DNA of 64,000 nucleotides from a virus, in IMG/VR virus record IMGVR_UViG_3300045988_140747; one strand, written 5' to 3'. Shown one piece after another: positions 25,951 through 34,257 of this stretch (position 1 is its first letter; each line of letters begins with the position of its first letter). Under the pieces are notes generated by a model. It was not told the origin of the DNA and did not search any database. It saw only the letters and a list, made by a program, of their open reading frames with translations. A program made the translations under genes and the position numbers.

Positions 25951-26193
25951 ATGAACAGAAATCTTAACGAGGCAATCCTTGACATCGCAAAAGCAGATGC
26001 GCTCATGTACGCGATCGAGAACACCTATCTCGATGCAGATGATGACCATGATGACAAGGAGTTCCGGAACCGCAAGACTGGGGCCTTCTACGCTGTGTGG
26101 GATGCAATCCACAAGGTTGAAGAGGACCTCGATAAGCTCTCTGGGGACTGCACGGTTGTTGATGCCATCCGAGCCGTCAATGAAACCACCTGA
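25951..26193 (+). CDS. hypothetical acidic protein (80 aa)
   Basis: Weak AAAGGAA RBS. Followed by a strong terminator. Confidence 0.55.
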   Translation: MNRNLNEAILDIAKADALMYAIENTYLDADDDHDDKEFRNRKTGAFYAVWDAIHKVEEDLDKLSGDCTVVDAIRAVNETT

Positions 26194-26221
26194 AGCCTGA
26201 GCAAGTAAAATCCTTTCCATC

Positions 26222-26260
26222 AGAGCCGGGAGCCTTCGGGCTTCTGGCTCTTTTGCTTTT
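26222..26260 (+). terminator. rho-independent terminator closing the left-hand + strand block
   Basis: 13-bp stem AGAGCCGGGAGCC / GGCTTCTGGCTCT with a TTCG loop, then TTTTGCTTTTT. Confidence 0.8.
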
Positions 26261-26623
26261 TCATCTTGAAATGCCCGAGGCTCCATTGTATAATGTATAA
26301 ATATGAGGCACCAGCCGTGTTTCATATACCAAAACAGTTACCACATGTATCCCATATCTATAGCAGATGCGATGTTTATTGGATAAAGGTGATGACTGAT
26401 TGCCGAAATTTAATAGTTGGCTCCAGAACAGGGAATATTCGGAGTTTCCGTTGAATTGAATTTTTGTGCATGAATGACCGTTTTTGAGCGATTTTTACGA
26501 CTTTGCAAATTTTATGTACCCGATGTATACGATATTCCAGAAAAAGGAAATTTTTCAATCGTCCCCAAGAAATGAATGATTATTGATGACTTGTGTGTGA
26601 TTATTCACGAACAAGGCAATAGA

Positions 26624-26661
26624 AAGCGCCCTGATCTGATTACTGGATCTGGGCGCTTTTG
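26624..26661. terminator. bidirectional terminator at the 3' end of the integrase gene
   Basis: AGCGCCC-GATC / GATC-GGGCGCT stem (one T.T mismatch). TTTT on the + side and TTTCTATT on the - side. Confidence 0.65.
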
Positions 26662-28377
26662 TTATTCATACTTGAAGCGAACCGTGATTGCGTTTTTAAA
26701 CACCACTGAAGTGACTTTTCCGTTTACGATGTCTATTTCCGCTATGATGGACGTGAAAAACGACTTCTGAATCGACTTGTCCACAGTTTGCGAAAACTTT
26801 TTGTAGTCGATCTTGGAATCGCCTATGAGATTCTCCACCATCACGAAATAGCTTGCTCGGCTTATGAAGTCCTCGCTAGAAATCATTGTTTCTTGATCTT
26901 CGGAACGAATTTCTCCGAGCCTTTTCTCTATATCCTGAAGTTCGGATATGATTTTATTCCGCTCGGAAGCGTACTCTCTCTCGGACATTCCGCTGTCACT
27001 GTACAGATACAATGACTTCAACCTTGATAAAGCTGATTCTTTGCTACGATGCTTACTCTCTAGTAAGCTTTTTTCACTTGAAGTGTTCGACAGGCCGCTT
27101 TCTGCTATAGGAGGATTGTACTCTATGCCGGTCTTACCTGATATGATGGCTTGCTTCAATGCTTCAAGCCCCGGACGCTCGATACCTGTTATTCCGGACG
27201 ACGAAAGATTTTTCAGCAGAATATTCTCAAGGCTGGACAATGTCGTTTGATCGGTAACGGTATCTTTTGCTCTGATGATGTTTGCAATGAAGTTTACTAT
27301 GACCCCTCCGAACGTTGAATCCGACACCATTTTGTTTGAGCAGATGGCGGTATTTTCACGCCTTTTGCGGCAAGTATAGATTGACGGACTCCAACCGTCA
27401 GCATGTGGGCTGTCCAAACTCGCGGTCATGCTAGTTCCGCAGATTCCACACCTCATAATGCCTGCGAATGTGTGAATGTTCTTCCTGAGGTATGTTTTGT
27501 TTTTGGAAACTCCGCCGAGGCAATTGTCCGATAAGGCTTTTGAAATTCTGTCGAAATCTGTTTTCGACACTATTGGCTGATGGTGATTTTCGATTGTTAC
27601 CCACTCATCTTCCTTGTTTTTCTTGTTGCCCTTCCTGTCGTTGTGGACATTATACTGATAGGCACCGATATAAAATGGACTTGTAAGGATTTTGTGTACT
27701 CCGGGAACGTTCCATTCGTTGCCAGCTCGTGTTTTTATGCCAAGATTGTTTAAATGCCTACAAACATAGATTAGCGACCGGTACTGATCGTATAAAAGAT
27801 AAATTTTTTTCACGATGTCCGCTTCTTTGGCATTCACTGAGAACTGCTTCGTCTTTTTGTCGTAATCGTAGCCATATGGAATACGCCCTCCGTTCCATTG
27901 GCCGTTATTCGCTCTGGAAAGCATGACTGCTGTGACGCGCTCTGAAGTCATTTGCCGCTCAAGTTCCGCGAAAACCAGAATGATTTTCAGCATTGCCTCA
28001 CCAACGGCGTTGCTCGTGTCGAACTGTTCATTTTTGCTAACGAATGCAATTCCGAGTTTTTTCAGTTCCGAGTACATCTCTGCGAAATCGAGAAGATTTC
28101 TGCTGATCCGGTCGATTTTCCAAACAAGAAGGTGAGAAAACTCACCGGTGCGAAGACGATCCATCATACGCTGGTAATCCGGGCGGTCCGTGTTCTTTGC
28201 CGAGTAGCCTGCATCCTCAAAAATTACATAATCCGATGTCCCGAGGATCATCTCAGAGTACGCGATCAGCTCCCTGCGTTGAACCTGAAGAGAGTCTTTA
28301 TCAACTTGGTATCTCGTAGAAACACGAATGTAGATTGCCACTTTTTTTGAATTTAGTTTTTCTGATATTGCTGTCAT
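26662..28377 (-). CDS. large serine recombinase (integrase), 571 aa
   Basis: N-terminal resolvase-type catalytic domain (VAIYIRVSTRYQ...SLQVQRREL...VWKIDRISRN), then a recombinase domain and a Cys-rich zinc-ribbon region (CGICG...CRKRR). GGAGGCA RBS. Confidence 0.9.
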   Translation of the reverse strand: MTAISEKLNSKKVAIYIRVSTRYQVDKDSLQVQRRELIAYSEMILGTSDYVIFEDAGYSAKNTDRPDYQRMMDRLRTGEFSHLLVWKIDRISRNLLDFAEMYSELKKLGIAFVSKNEQFDTSNAVGEAMLKIILVFAELERQMTSERVTAVMLSRANNGQWNGGRIPYGYDYDKKTKQFSVNAKEADIVKKIYLLYDQYRSLIYVCRHLNNLGIKTRAGNEWNVPGVHKILTSPFYIGAYQYNVHNDRKGNKKNKEDEWVTIENHHQPIVSKTDFDRISKALSDNCLGGVSKNKTYLRKNIHTFAGIMRCGICGTSMTASLDSPHADGWSPSIYTCRKRRENTAICSNKMVSDSTFGGVIVNFIANIIRAKDTVTDQTTLSSLENILLKNLSSSGITGIERPGLEALKQAIISGKTGIEYNPPIAESGLSNTSSEKSLLESKHRSKESALSRLKSLYLYSDSGMSEREYASERNKIISELQDIEKRLGEIRSEDQETMISSEDFISRASYFVMVENLIGDSKIDYKKFSQTVDKSIQKSFFTSIIAEIDIVNGKVTSVVFKNAITVRFKYE

Positions 28378-28451
28378 TTTTGCCTCCTGCGCATAAAGTG
28401 CTTAGGACTGTCCAACGGATTGTCACGGTGGTTTTCCAAGTCAAATCCAGA

Positions 28452-28495
28452 CATATACCGTAACCGTAACCTTAACCGTAACCATATACCGTAAG
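28452..28495. repeat. cluster of CCGTAA direct repeats upstream of the integrase gene
   Basis: CCGTAA starts at 28458, 28464, 28476 and 28489. CATATACCGTAA is duplicated at 28452 and 28483. Confidence 0.7.
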
Positions 28496-28507
28496 CTATA
28501 TATTTAT

Positions 28508-28538
28508 AAAGCAGGATGCCATGTGACATCCTGCTTTT
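28508..28538. terminator. terminator after the repressor operon (hairpin usable in both directions)
   Basis: 11-bp stem AAAGCAGGATG / CATCCTGCTTT. T-rich runs on both sides. Confidence 0.7.
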
Positions 28539-28540
28539 GC

Positions 28541-29011
28541 TTACTGTTTTTTATCATCGAAGTAGAACAGTGAGAATGAACCGGAATGCAGACAATCTGT
28601 TATGCTTTCCTCAACGTCACTGCTCTGGTCGAAAGTTATCCGACCGTGCTTTGCGAGAAGATCGCAAACGGTGAATGCTTGGCCCAAAGAGCTCAATGCG
28701 AAATCTGCGGCTATCCGATCAAGAGTTTTGCAGTCCCAAGTTGATAGCTCCGAAATGAGCGAAGACTGATCCACATCCGAAATGTTGCTTGACAGGATTA
28801 TCACGACATGACCGGAGGGCGTGACAAATATTGCCTCTATATCAACCCTGCCGCAGGAGCTTGATGCCAATGAAATCCATTGGCCGACACAAGTCAACGG
28901 AGAAAGGTTCTGAGAGGATTTTGAGGGCTTTTTGCTCGCGTCGATAATTTTCCTTGACAGAATCAAATCTTCCGTTAGGCGGGCAGAAGGAGGGCTCTCA
29001 GTGAACATCAT
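28541..29011 (-). CDS. hypothetical protein co-transcribed with the repressor (156 aa)
   Basis: Overlaps the end of the repressor gene by 14 nt. Ser-rich. No motif recognised. Confidence 0.65.
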   Translation of the reverse strand: MMFTESPPSARLTEDLILSRKIIDASKKPSKSSQNLSPLTCVGQWISLASSSCGRVDIEAIFVTPSGHVVIILSSNISDVDQSSLISELSTWDCKTLDRIAADFALSSLGQAFTVCDLLAKHGRITFDQSSDVEESITDCLHSGSFSLFYFDDKKQ

Positions 29012-29351
29012 TCTGCATCACCTTCTTGTACCTGTCAAGAACGGCGTGAACTACGCGGCGATCATCCGCGCTTGCTATGGAGTACAGGGAAGCGATTTCG
29101 GAAACATCCTCTGGGAAAGATGTTGTTAGGTCATGATCCAAGCCGAGAAGCCAGTCTACGGAGACTTCGAAATACTCCGCAATGCGAACAACGTAAGAAA
29201 GATCCGGGTTTCTGGTTCCCGTGAGATACCTCGAAAGCGCAGGGACGCTCACGTCAAGTTCGTCTGCCAGCCGCGCAATTGTAAATCCGCGGCTATCTAT
29301 GAGCCACCGGAGACGTTCTCTGAAGGTGGTTAAGTCAAGAGTTAGAGCCAT
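28998..29351 (-). CDS. XRE-family HTH repressor (CI-like), 117 aa
   Basis: HTH_3-type segment FTIARLADELDVSVPALSRYLTGTRNPDLSYVVRIAEYFEVSVDWLLG. Divergent from a Cro-like gene. AAGGAG RBS. Confidence 0.8.
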   Translation of the reverse strand: MALTLDLTTFRERLRWLIDSRGFTIARLADELDVSVPALSRYLTGTRNPDLSYVVRIAEYFEVSVDWLLGLDHDLTTSFPEDVSEIASLYSIASADDRRVVHAVLDRYKKVMQNDVH

Positions 29352-29400
29352 AATGTGTACACTCCTTGTCCTTGATTATGGTGTTTCATTATCATCTTAT

Positions 29401-29433
29401 AACAAAATTACTTTTTTAGCAACAAAAATTACT
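29401..29433. promoter_or_regulatory. candidate operator repeats of the lysogeny switch
   Basis: AACAAAATTACT (29401-29412) and AACAAAAATTACT (29421-29433) in the 175-nt divergent intergenic region. Confidence 0.45.
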
Positions 29434-29451
29434 AAAAACATCGAAAACTTA

Positions 29452-29480
29452 TTGACTTTTTCCGAATGGTAAACTATAAT
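29452..29480 (+). promoter_or_regulatory. rightward (Cro-side) promoter
   Basis: TTGACT 29452-29457, 17-nt spacer, TATAAT 29475-29480. The palindrome CCGTACGG (29483-29490) sits at the expected start site. Confidence 0.7.
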
Positions 29481-29526
29481 TACCGTACGGAACATAATCC
29501 GAACCGAAAAGCATGGAGGTGATGAG

Positions 29527-29805
29527 ATGGAACCTTTTGCAAAAAACCTTCGATGGATCCGAGGCGCGAGAAGCGCGTTTGGATTCAGTCAAAAGCAGAT
29601 GGCTGATGCGCTCGGAATCTCCGAGAGCAGCTATCAGAAGAAGGAAGCTGGAGACATCCGGTTCTCTGACGGCGAAAAGGTCATGGTTGCGAAGATCCTT
29701 GGATTGTCCATGGATCAAGTTAACCAGATTTTTTTCGGAGGGGAGTTACCAAACGGAAACGACAACAGCTGTTGCGGAAAGACGCTTCCGCCCTTCCTGC
29801 CATAA
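29527..29805 (+). CDS. Cro-like XRE-family HTH protein (92 aa)
   Basis: FGFSQKQMADALGISESSYQKKEAG. GGAGGTG lies 8 nt upstream. Confidence 0.75.
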   Translation: MEPFAKNLRWIRGARSAFGFSQKQMADALGISESSYQKKEAGDIRFSDGEKVMVAKILGLSMDQVNQIFFGGELPNGNDNSCCGKTLPPFLP

Positions 29806-29833
29806 ATTATACAACGAACCGAGGATCAAAAAA

Positions 29834-30334
29834 ATGGGACGTAGAGCCACGAAAGCTGCTGAAAATCCATGGTGTAAAGCCAGATTAGAGGCTGCAAAGT
29901 ATGACGAGAGGCTGTTGAGTCGAGAAGGCGCTGCCGAACGGCTAGGAATGTCCGTTTCCGCAGTATCCGATGCGGAGCTTGGGCTATCAAAATGTATGCC
30001 CGTCGATAAGGCTGTCTTGATGGCTGATCTGTACAGGGCTCCGTACCTGCTTAATCACTATTGCCTCAACGAATGCCCGATAGGCGGAAGACTGCCGATA
30101 TCAGATGAGGTTCTTGGGATTGAACGTGTTACGGTCAAGCTTTTAAAGAATCTCCGAGTAGACGATCTGCGTGATGTTAAGGAAAGACTCATCGACATAG
30201 CGGCCGACGGGATCATTAGTGATGACGAAAAACCTAATTTGGCCGAAGTTATCAAATACCTCGATGGTCTTGCCAAAACCATATCCGAATTAAAAACCGT
30301 TGGACTCATGGCGCTAGGTGACTACGATGGATGA
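29834..30334 (+). CDS. second HTH (XRE-like) regulator with C-terminal domain (166 aa)
   Basis: ATG 29834 inside ORF 29513..30334. LSREGAAERLGMSVSAVSDAELG is HTH-like. The upstream 107 codons overlap the cro-like gene out of frame. Confidence 0.65.
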   Translation: MGRRATKAAENPWCKARLEAAKYDERLLSREGAAERLGMSVSAVSDAELGLSKCMPVDKAVLMADLYRAPYLLNHYCLNECPIGGRLPISDEVLGIERVTVKLLKNLRVDDLRDVKERLIDIAADGIISDDEKPNLAEVIKYLDGLAKTISELKTVGLMALGDYDG

Positions 30335-30491
30335 AAGAGCGAGTCTTGCTGCAATGCTTCAAGAGATTCTGAAGAATGATTATCAGATCACTACCGACGA
30401 AGAACTCAGCAGAGCGATTAACAAAATCGGACATATCGATATTTCGGTATTCTGCTCGCCTATAACGGAAACGGGGAGGACCACCGCATGA
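30327..30491 (+). CDS. hypothetical protein (54 aa)
   Basis: Below ORF-track cutoff. ATG 30327 overlaps the previous gene, and its stop overlaps ATG 30488 (ATGA). Confidence 0.45.
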   Translation: MDERASLAAMLQEILKNDYQITTDEELSRAINKIGHIDISVFCSPITETGRTTA

Positions 30492-31093
30492 AAAGAATCT
30501 GCAAGACAGGGATTGCCGTAGCGATCATTTCCGCGTTGATGGCATCCTCTAATGCGTCCGCTGCAGAGACATGGAATTTTCGCTCACACGAACTTCTCGA
30601 CACCGAGAAAGTGGTTGCCGTATCCGATCCTGCAGATGAAGAATGCGAACTCGAGCTGTGTGTTATCAGTGAGAGAATCCCGCTTTCTCGAAACCTTCAG
30701 GAACGGATGCAAACATTCTGCGGGGATTGCGCCGTTCCGTATGAGATCGCGCTTGCCGTTGTCTACCAAGAAAGCAGGTTTCAGTCTGATGTTGAAAACG
30801 GATCCTGCGTCGGTCTTATGCAAATAAATCAAGTCAACGGAGACAGACTGTTCTCCAAAATTGGAGTGACGGATCTTAGAGATCCAGAGCAGAACCTTCA
30901 GGCTGGAATCTGGATGCTTGGAGAGCTGTTTGAGAAATACGGGGAATGGAACATGGCTCTCACGGCTTATAACAACGGCGAATCCGGCGCCAAGAAAAAA
31001 TTCTTCGACAAAGGAATGATTTCGTGCCCATACAGCGAAAGCGTTCTCAGAAAGAGCGATGAATGGAGAAAAGTGTTGGAGGAAATCTCATGA
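30488..31093 (+). CDS. secreted lytic transglycosylase (SLT domain), 201 aa
   Basis: Signal-peptide-like N-terminus (KTGIAVAIISALMASSNASA). SLT motifs ...YQESRF..., GLMQI, AYNNG. Confidence 0.75.
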   Translation: MKRICKTGIAVAIISALMASSNASAAETWNFRSHELLDTEKVVAVSDPADEECELELCVISERIPLSRNLQERMQTFCGDCAVPYEIALAVVYQESRFQSDVENGSCVGLMQINQVNGDRLFSKIGVTDLRDPEQNLQAGIWMLGELFEKYGEWNMALTAYNNGESGAKKKFFDKGMISCPYSESVLRKSDEWRKVLEEIS

Positions 31094-31704
31094 GCGACAT
31101 TATCGTACCTGATTTTAAAGAACTTGAGTTTGATGATAGCAAACACGTCTACAAACTCAACGGGGCCGAGATTCCGAGCGTGACTACGATCATGAAGCCT
31201 TTGAGCAACGCGGAATATAGCGGAATCAGCGAGCTTACGCTACAAAAGGCTGCAGATAAGGGAACTGCGGTTCACAATGCTGCCGAGAACTGGATTAAAT
31301 TTCAAATCGATGATATCGACCCAGAGTACAGGGGCTACTTCGATGCGTTTCTTGAATGGTGGAACATCAATGATCCGCAAGTGGTTGGGTCTGAGGTTAG
31401 GCTATACCACAAGATCATGCGGTATGCCGGAACTGCTGATCTGATCGCATGGATCGATGGAAAGCTTACGCTTATCGATTACAAAACCACAAGCAAACTC
31501 ATCGAAATGAACTGCGGCGTCCAGTTGGAGGCGTATGCAAAGGCCTTGGCAAGTCATGGAATCGATGTTCAGCAGAAGATGATACTTCATCTCAAGAAAA
31601 ATGGAAAATTCGCTGAAATGAAGTTCCAAGCATCTGACGCTAAACGCTGGACTGTGTTCGGGGCGTTGAAGACGGTGTATGACTACATCGAATCATCTAA
31701 ATAG
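31090..31704 (+). CDS. PD-(D/E)XK (RecB/Cas4-like) nuclease, 204 aa
   Basis: ATG 31090 follows GGAGGA. TADLIAW...LIDYKTT provides the D...(D/E)xK core. Sits upstream of recT. Confidence 0.65.
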   Translation: MSDIIVPDFKELEFDDSKHVYKLNGAEIPSVTTIMKPLSNAEYSGISELTLQKAADKGTAVHNAAENWIKFQIDDIDPEYRGYFDAFLEWWNINDPQVVGSEVRLYHKIMRYAGTADLIAWIDGKLTLIDYKTTSKLIEMNCGVQLEAYAKALASHGIDVQQKMILHLKKNGKFAEMKFQASDAKRWTVFGALKTVYDYIESSK

Positions 31705-31775
31705 TATCCGGTTCGTCTAAAACAACAGATTTTTTAGACGAAAAACATATTATCAAAAAGAAAGGTTGGCTACTT

Positions 31776-32492
31776 ATGGAAAAAATCGTTGCAGGAACAA
31801 GCGCTTTGGAATGCGCCAAGCCCGCTATTGCTGCGGAAACCGAACTTGATCGGGAGGCTTCGATGATCGAGTTGAGAGTGCAGCGGATGGCCGTTTTGAA
31901 CGACACGGATTATGTTTGTGCCGCCGAGATGCTCAAAGAGATCAAGGCTACGCAGAAGAAGGTCACGGAATACTGGGAGCCGCTTCGAGTATCCGCGAAG
32001 GACGCCTATGATCGGGTTCTTTCTCGCAAGAAGGATATGATTGATCCTCTGAAATCTGCAGAGGATATCCTGAAAAGCAAAATGACGACCTACTCTGACG
32101 AGCAGGAGCGAAAGCGAAAGGCTCAGGAAGAAGCGCTGCGCAAGCTTGCCGAGGCTGAGCTTGAAAAGAAACTTTCGGAAGCTACTGCCGCAGAGGCATC
32201 TGGGGACACCGAGGCCGCCAGCAGCGCTATGGCTGAAGCTGAAGTTATGGATGACGTGTCCATTGGCGGAAGCGTCAGTGCCCCGGATGTTAAGGTCAAG
32301 GGTGTGTCCAAGAGCAAGACGTGGAAGATTGTTGGCGTTGACGCTTCCCATGTCCCCGTTGAGATTAACGGCATGGTTATCCGCCCGGTCGATGAAAAAG
32401 CTATTCTGCGGATTATCAAAGCATCTAAGGGAACCATTCGGATTCCCGGTGTTATTTATGAAGAAACCACGCAAATTAGCGCCCGTGGTTGA
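31776..32492 (+). CDS. coiled-coil recombination-module protein (238 aa)
   Basis: Long Lys/Glu-rich helices. Positioned between the nuclease and RecT. Family not recognised with confidence. Confidence 0.6.
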   Translation: MEKIVAGTSALECAKPAIAAETELDREASMIELRVQRMAVLNDTDYVCAAEMLKEIKATQKKVTEYWEPLRVSAKDAYDRVLSRKKDMIDPLKSAEDILKSKMTTYSDEQERKRKAQEEALRKLAEAELEKKLSEATAAEASGDTEAASSAMAEAEVMDDVSIGGSVSAPDVKVKGVSKSKTWKIVGVDASHVPVEINGMVIRPVDEKAILRIIKASKGTIRIPGVIYEETTQISARG

Positions 32493-32512
32493 ATTTAAAG
32501 GAGGTTATTGTT

Positions 32513-33424
32513 ATGGCAAACAATGCACTGAGCAAGGCCGAAAGCAACGCTCTGAGCGTCAGTTATGACGTTATGGGCACGAGAGTTGATCTGGATCTGA
32601 ACTTCGTTAAGCGCTACCTTGTCAGAGGACAGGCCGATCGAGTGACTGATCAGGAGCTGGTGTTCTTTATGAATACCTGCAAGATGCAGAAGCTGAACCC
32701 GTTGGCCTCCGGCGAAGTGTACTGCATCAAGTTTGGCAGTGATCCTGCGCAGATGGTTATCGGTAAGGATGCTTATCTGCGCCGGGCATTCAGCAATCCC
32801 GACTACCTTTATAAGGAAGACGGCATCACCGTTCTGCGCGGAGAGCAGATCGTGCAGAAAGAAGGCTGCTGCCTTTACCCGGGAGAGAAGCTTATCGGCG
32901 GATGGTGTAAGGTCTATTTCATGCGGAACGGCAAGGAACGTACCGCATACAAGGAGGTTTCCCTTGAGGAGTACAACAAGGGCCAGGCGAACTGGAAGAC
33001 AAAGCCGGCGACCATGATCGACAAGGTAGCCGTCTCTCAGTGCGTCCGCGATGCGTTCCCGAAAGACTACGAGGGCCTGTACAGCGAGGATGAAATGGTC
33101 GCTTCTGGAGCGATTCCCGTAAATTTCCGCGAGGTGAAGAACACGGAAAGCTCAAATGCACCGGCGACCGAGGTTGTCGATGCTGATCCCGTCATCTCTC
33201 AGGAACAGCGACAGGCTCTTTTCAAAGCCGCCCAAAAACAGTTCGGCAAGGAAGAAGGCAATGCGGTTGTCAAGAAAATCATCGAGAGTATGGGACTTGA
33301 ATCGACAACGGGAATGACTGAAAGCCAGTATGTCGAAGCTACCGAAAGGCTCATGAAGATGGTTGATGACAGAAAAGCTGCTGTCGCCAGTGAGGAGACT
33401 GCCGCCGATGAAGCCAGCGAATGA
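32513..33424 (+). CDS. recT: RecT-family single-strand annealing protein (303 aa)
   Basis: ATG 32513 follows AAAGGAGG. Overall RecT-like pattern (FMNTCKMQKLNPL..GEVYCIKFG...NWKTKPATMIDKVAVSQCVRDAFP). Confidence 0.8.
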   Translation: MANNALSKAESNALSVSYDVMGTRVDLDLNFVKRYLVRGQADRVTDQELVFFMNTCKMQKLNPLASGEVYCIKFGSDPAQMVIGKDAYLRRAFSNPDYLYKEDGITVLRGEQIVQKEGCCLYPGEKLIGGWCKVYFMRNGKERTAYKEVSLEEYNKGQANWKTKPATMIDKVAVSQCVRDAFPKDYEGLYSEDEMVASGAIPVNFREVKNTESSNAPATEVVDADPVISQEQRQALFKAAQKQFGKEEGNAVVKKIIESMGLESTTGMTESQYVEATERLMKMVDDRKAAVASEETAADEASE

Positions 33425-33459
33425 TCGCTATTATCAAAAGGAGAGGCGGGTGATGCTCA

Positions 33460-34257
33460 ATGGCATGGGTCAGTGTGCATGATACGGTTGACGGGAGGAA
33501 GCTGCGAGAGCTTGCTAAGTCAATCGGATGCACCAAGGAAGAGGCCCTTGGAACATTGGTGTCCCTCTGGATGTGGGGACTCAAGAACGCCGACAAGTTT
33601 GGCAGAATCATAAGCGCGGACAAAACGGATATCCTTGACGCGTTCAGCATGAAGTTGGTTGCAAAAATCCCGAATGTCGTTGATTTGCTCATAGAAAACG
33701 GGTGGATTGACGTTGAAAACGAGAAAGACCTCGTCATCCACGACTGGGATCAATGGCAGGCGTTGTGGTACAAGGCAAACGAGCGGAGAGAGAGCGATGC
33801 AAGGAGAAAGAAGAAGGAACGGCTTAAAAAGCGTGGAACCGCAGATGAACCGGAGCAAACACGCGAAACTGCCGATTATCAAACGACAGAAGCCACCGAA
33901 GAGGCCGAGAACATGAGTTTCCTTCCGAAGGATGAAAAGCCGGTATCCAAGTATTCTGAAGGCTTTGAATCTTTCTGGAAGGCGTACCCAAGAAAAATCG
34001 ACAAGGGGAATGCCTACAAAAAGTATTCCGCTCGAAGAAAAGATGGATTTTCGGACGAGGAACTTATCGAAGCCGCTACTGCTTATGCCGGGGAGTGCAA
34101 TAGGCTTCACACTGAGCAGAACTACATCAAACATCCGAAGACATTCCTGAGCGATAGCTTGCCGTTCACGGACTACATCAAGAAGAAACCCACTTCACCG
34201 GCAGAATGCCAAGAACCGAATACTGCAGATCCGTTTGCGGAATGGGGTGAGCCGTAA
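33460..34257 (+). CDS. replication initiation / replisome-organiser-like protein (265 aa)
   Basis: C-terminal FESFWKAYPRKIDKGNAYKKY motif is common in phage replication-module proteins. Directly precedes the DnaC-like loader. Start uncertain. Confidence 0.55.
   Translation: MAWVSVHDTVDGRKLRELAKSIGCTKEEALGTLVSLWMWGLKNADKFGRIISADKTDILDAFSMKLVAKIPNVVDLLIENGWIDVENEKDLVIHDWDQWQALWYKANERRESDARRKKKERLKKRGTADEPEQTRETADYQTTEATEEAENMSFLPKDEKPVSKYSEGFESFWKAYPRKIDKGNAYKKYSARRKDGFSDEELIEAATAYAGECNRLHTEQNYIKHPKTFLSDSLPFTDYIKKKPTSPAECQEPNTADPFAEWGEP

Noticed and set aside
26266-26770. Small ORFs (26266..26454, 26376..26558 minus, 26576..26770) in the gap beside the integrase gene
   Set aside because: They have no RBSs, an AT-rich composition and Cys/Arg-rich odd peptides, and one crosses a terminator and the integrase 3' end. 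The region is more plausibly the attP or regulatory spacer.
29513-30334. 273-codon ORF spanning the cro region
   Set aside because: The first 107 codons overlap the HTH-containing Cro-like gene (29527..29805) in another frame. The real gene starts at ATG 29834, with its own RBS.
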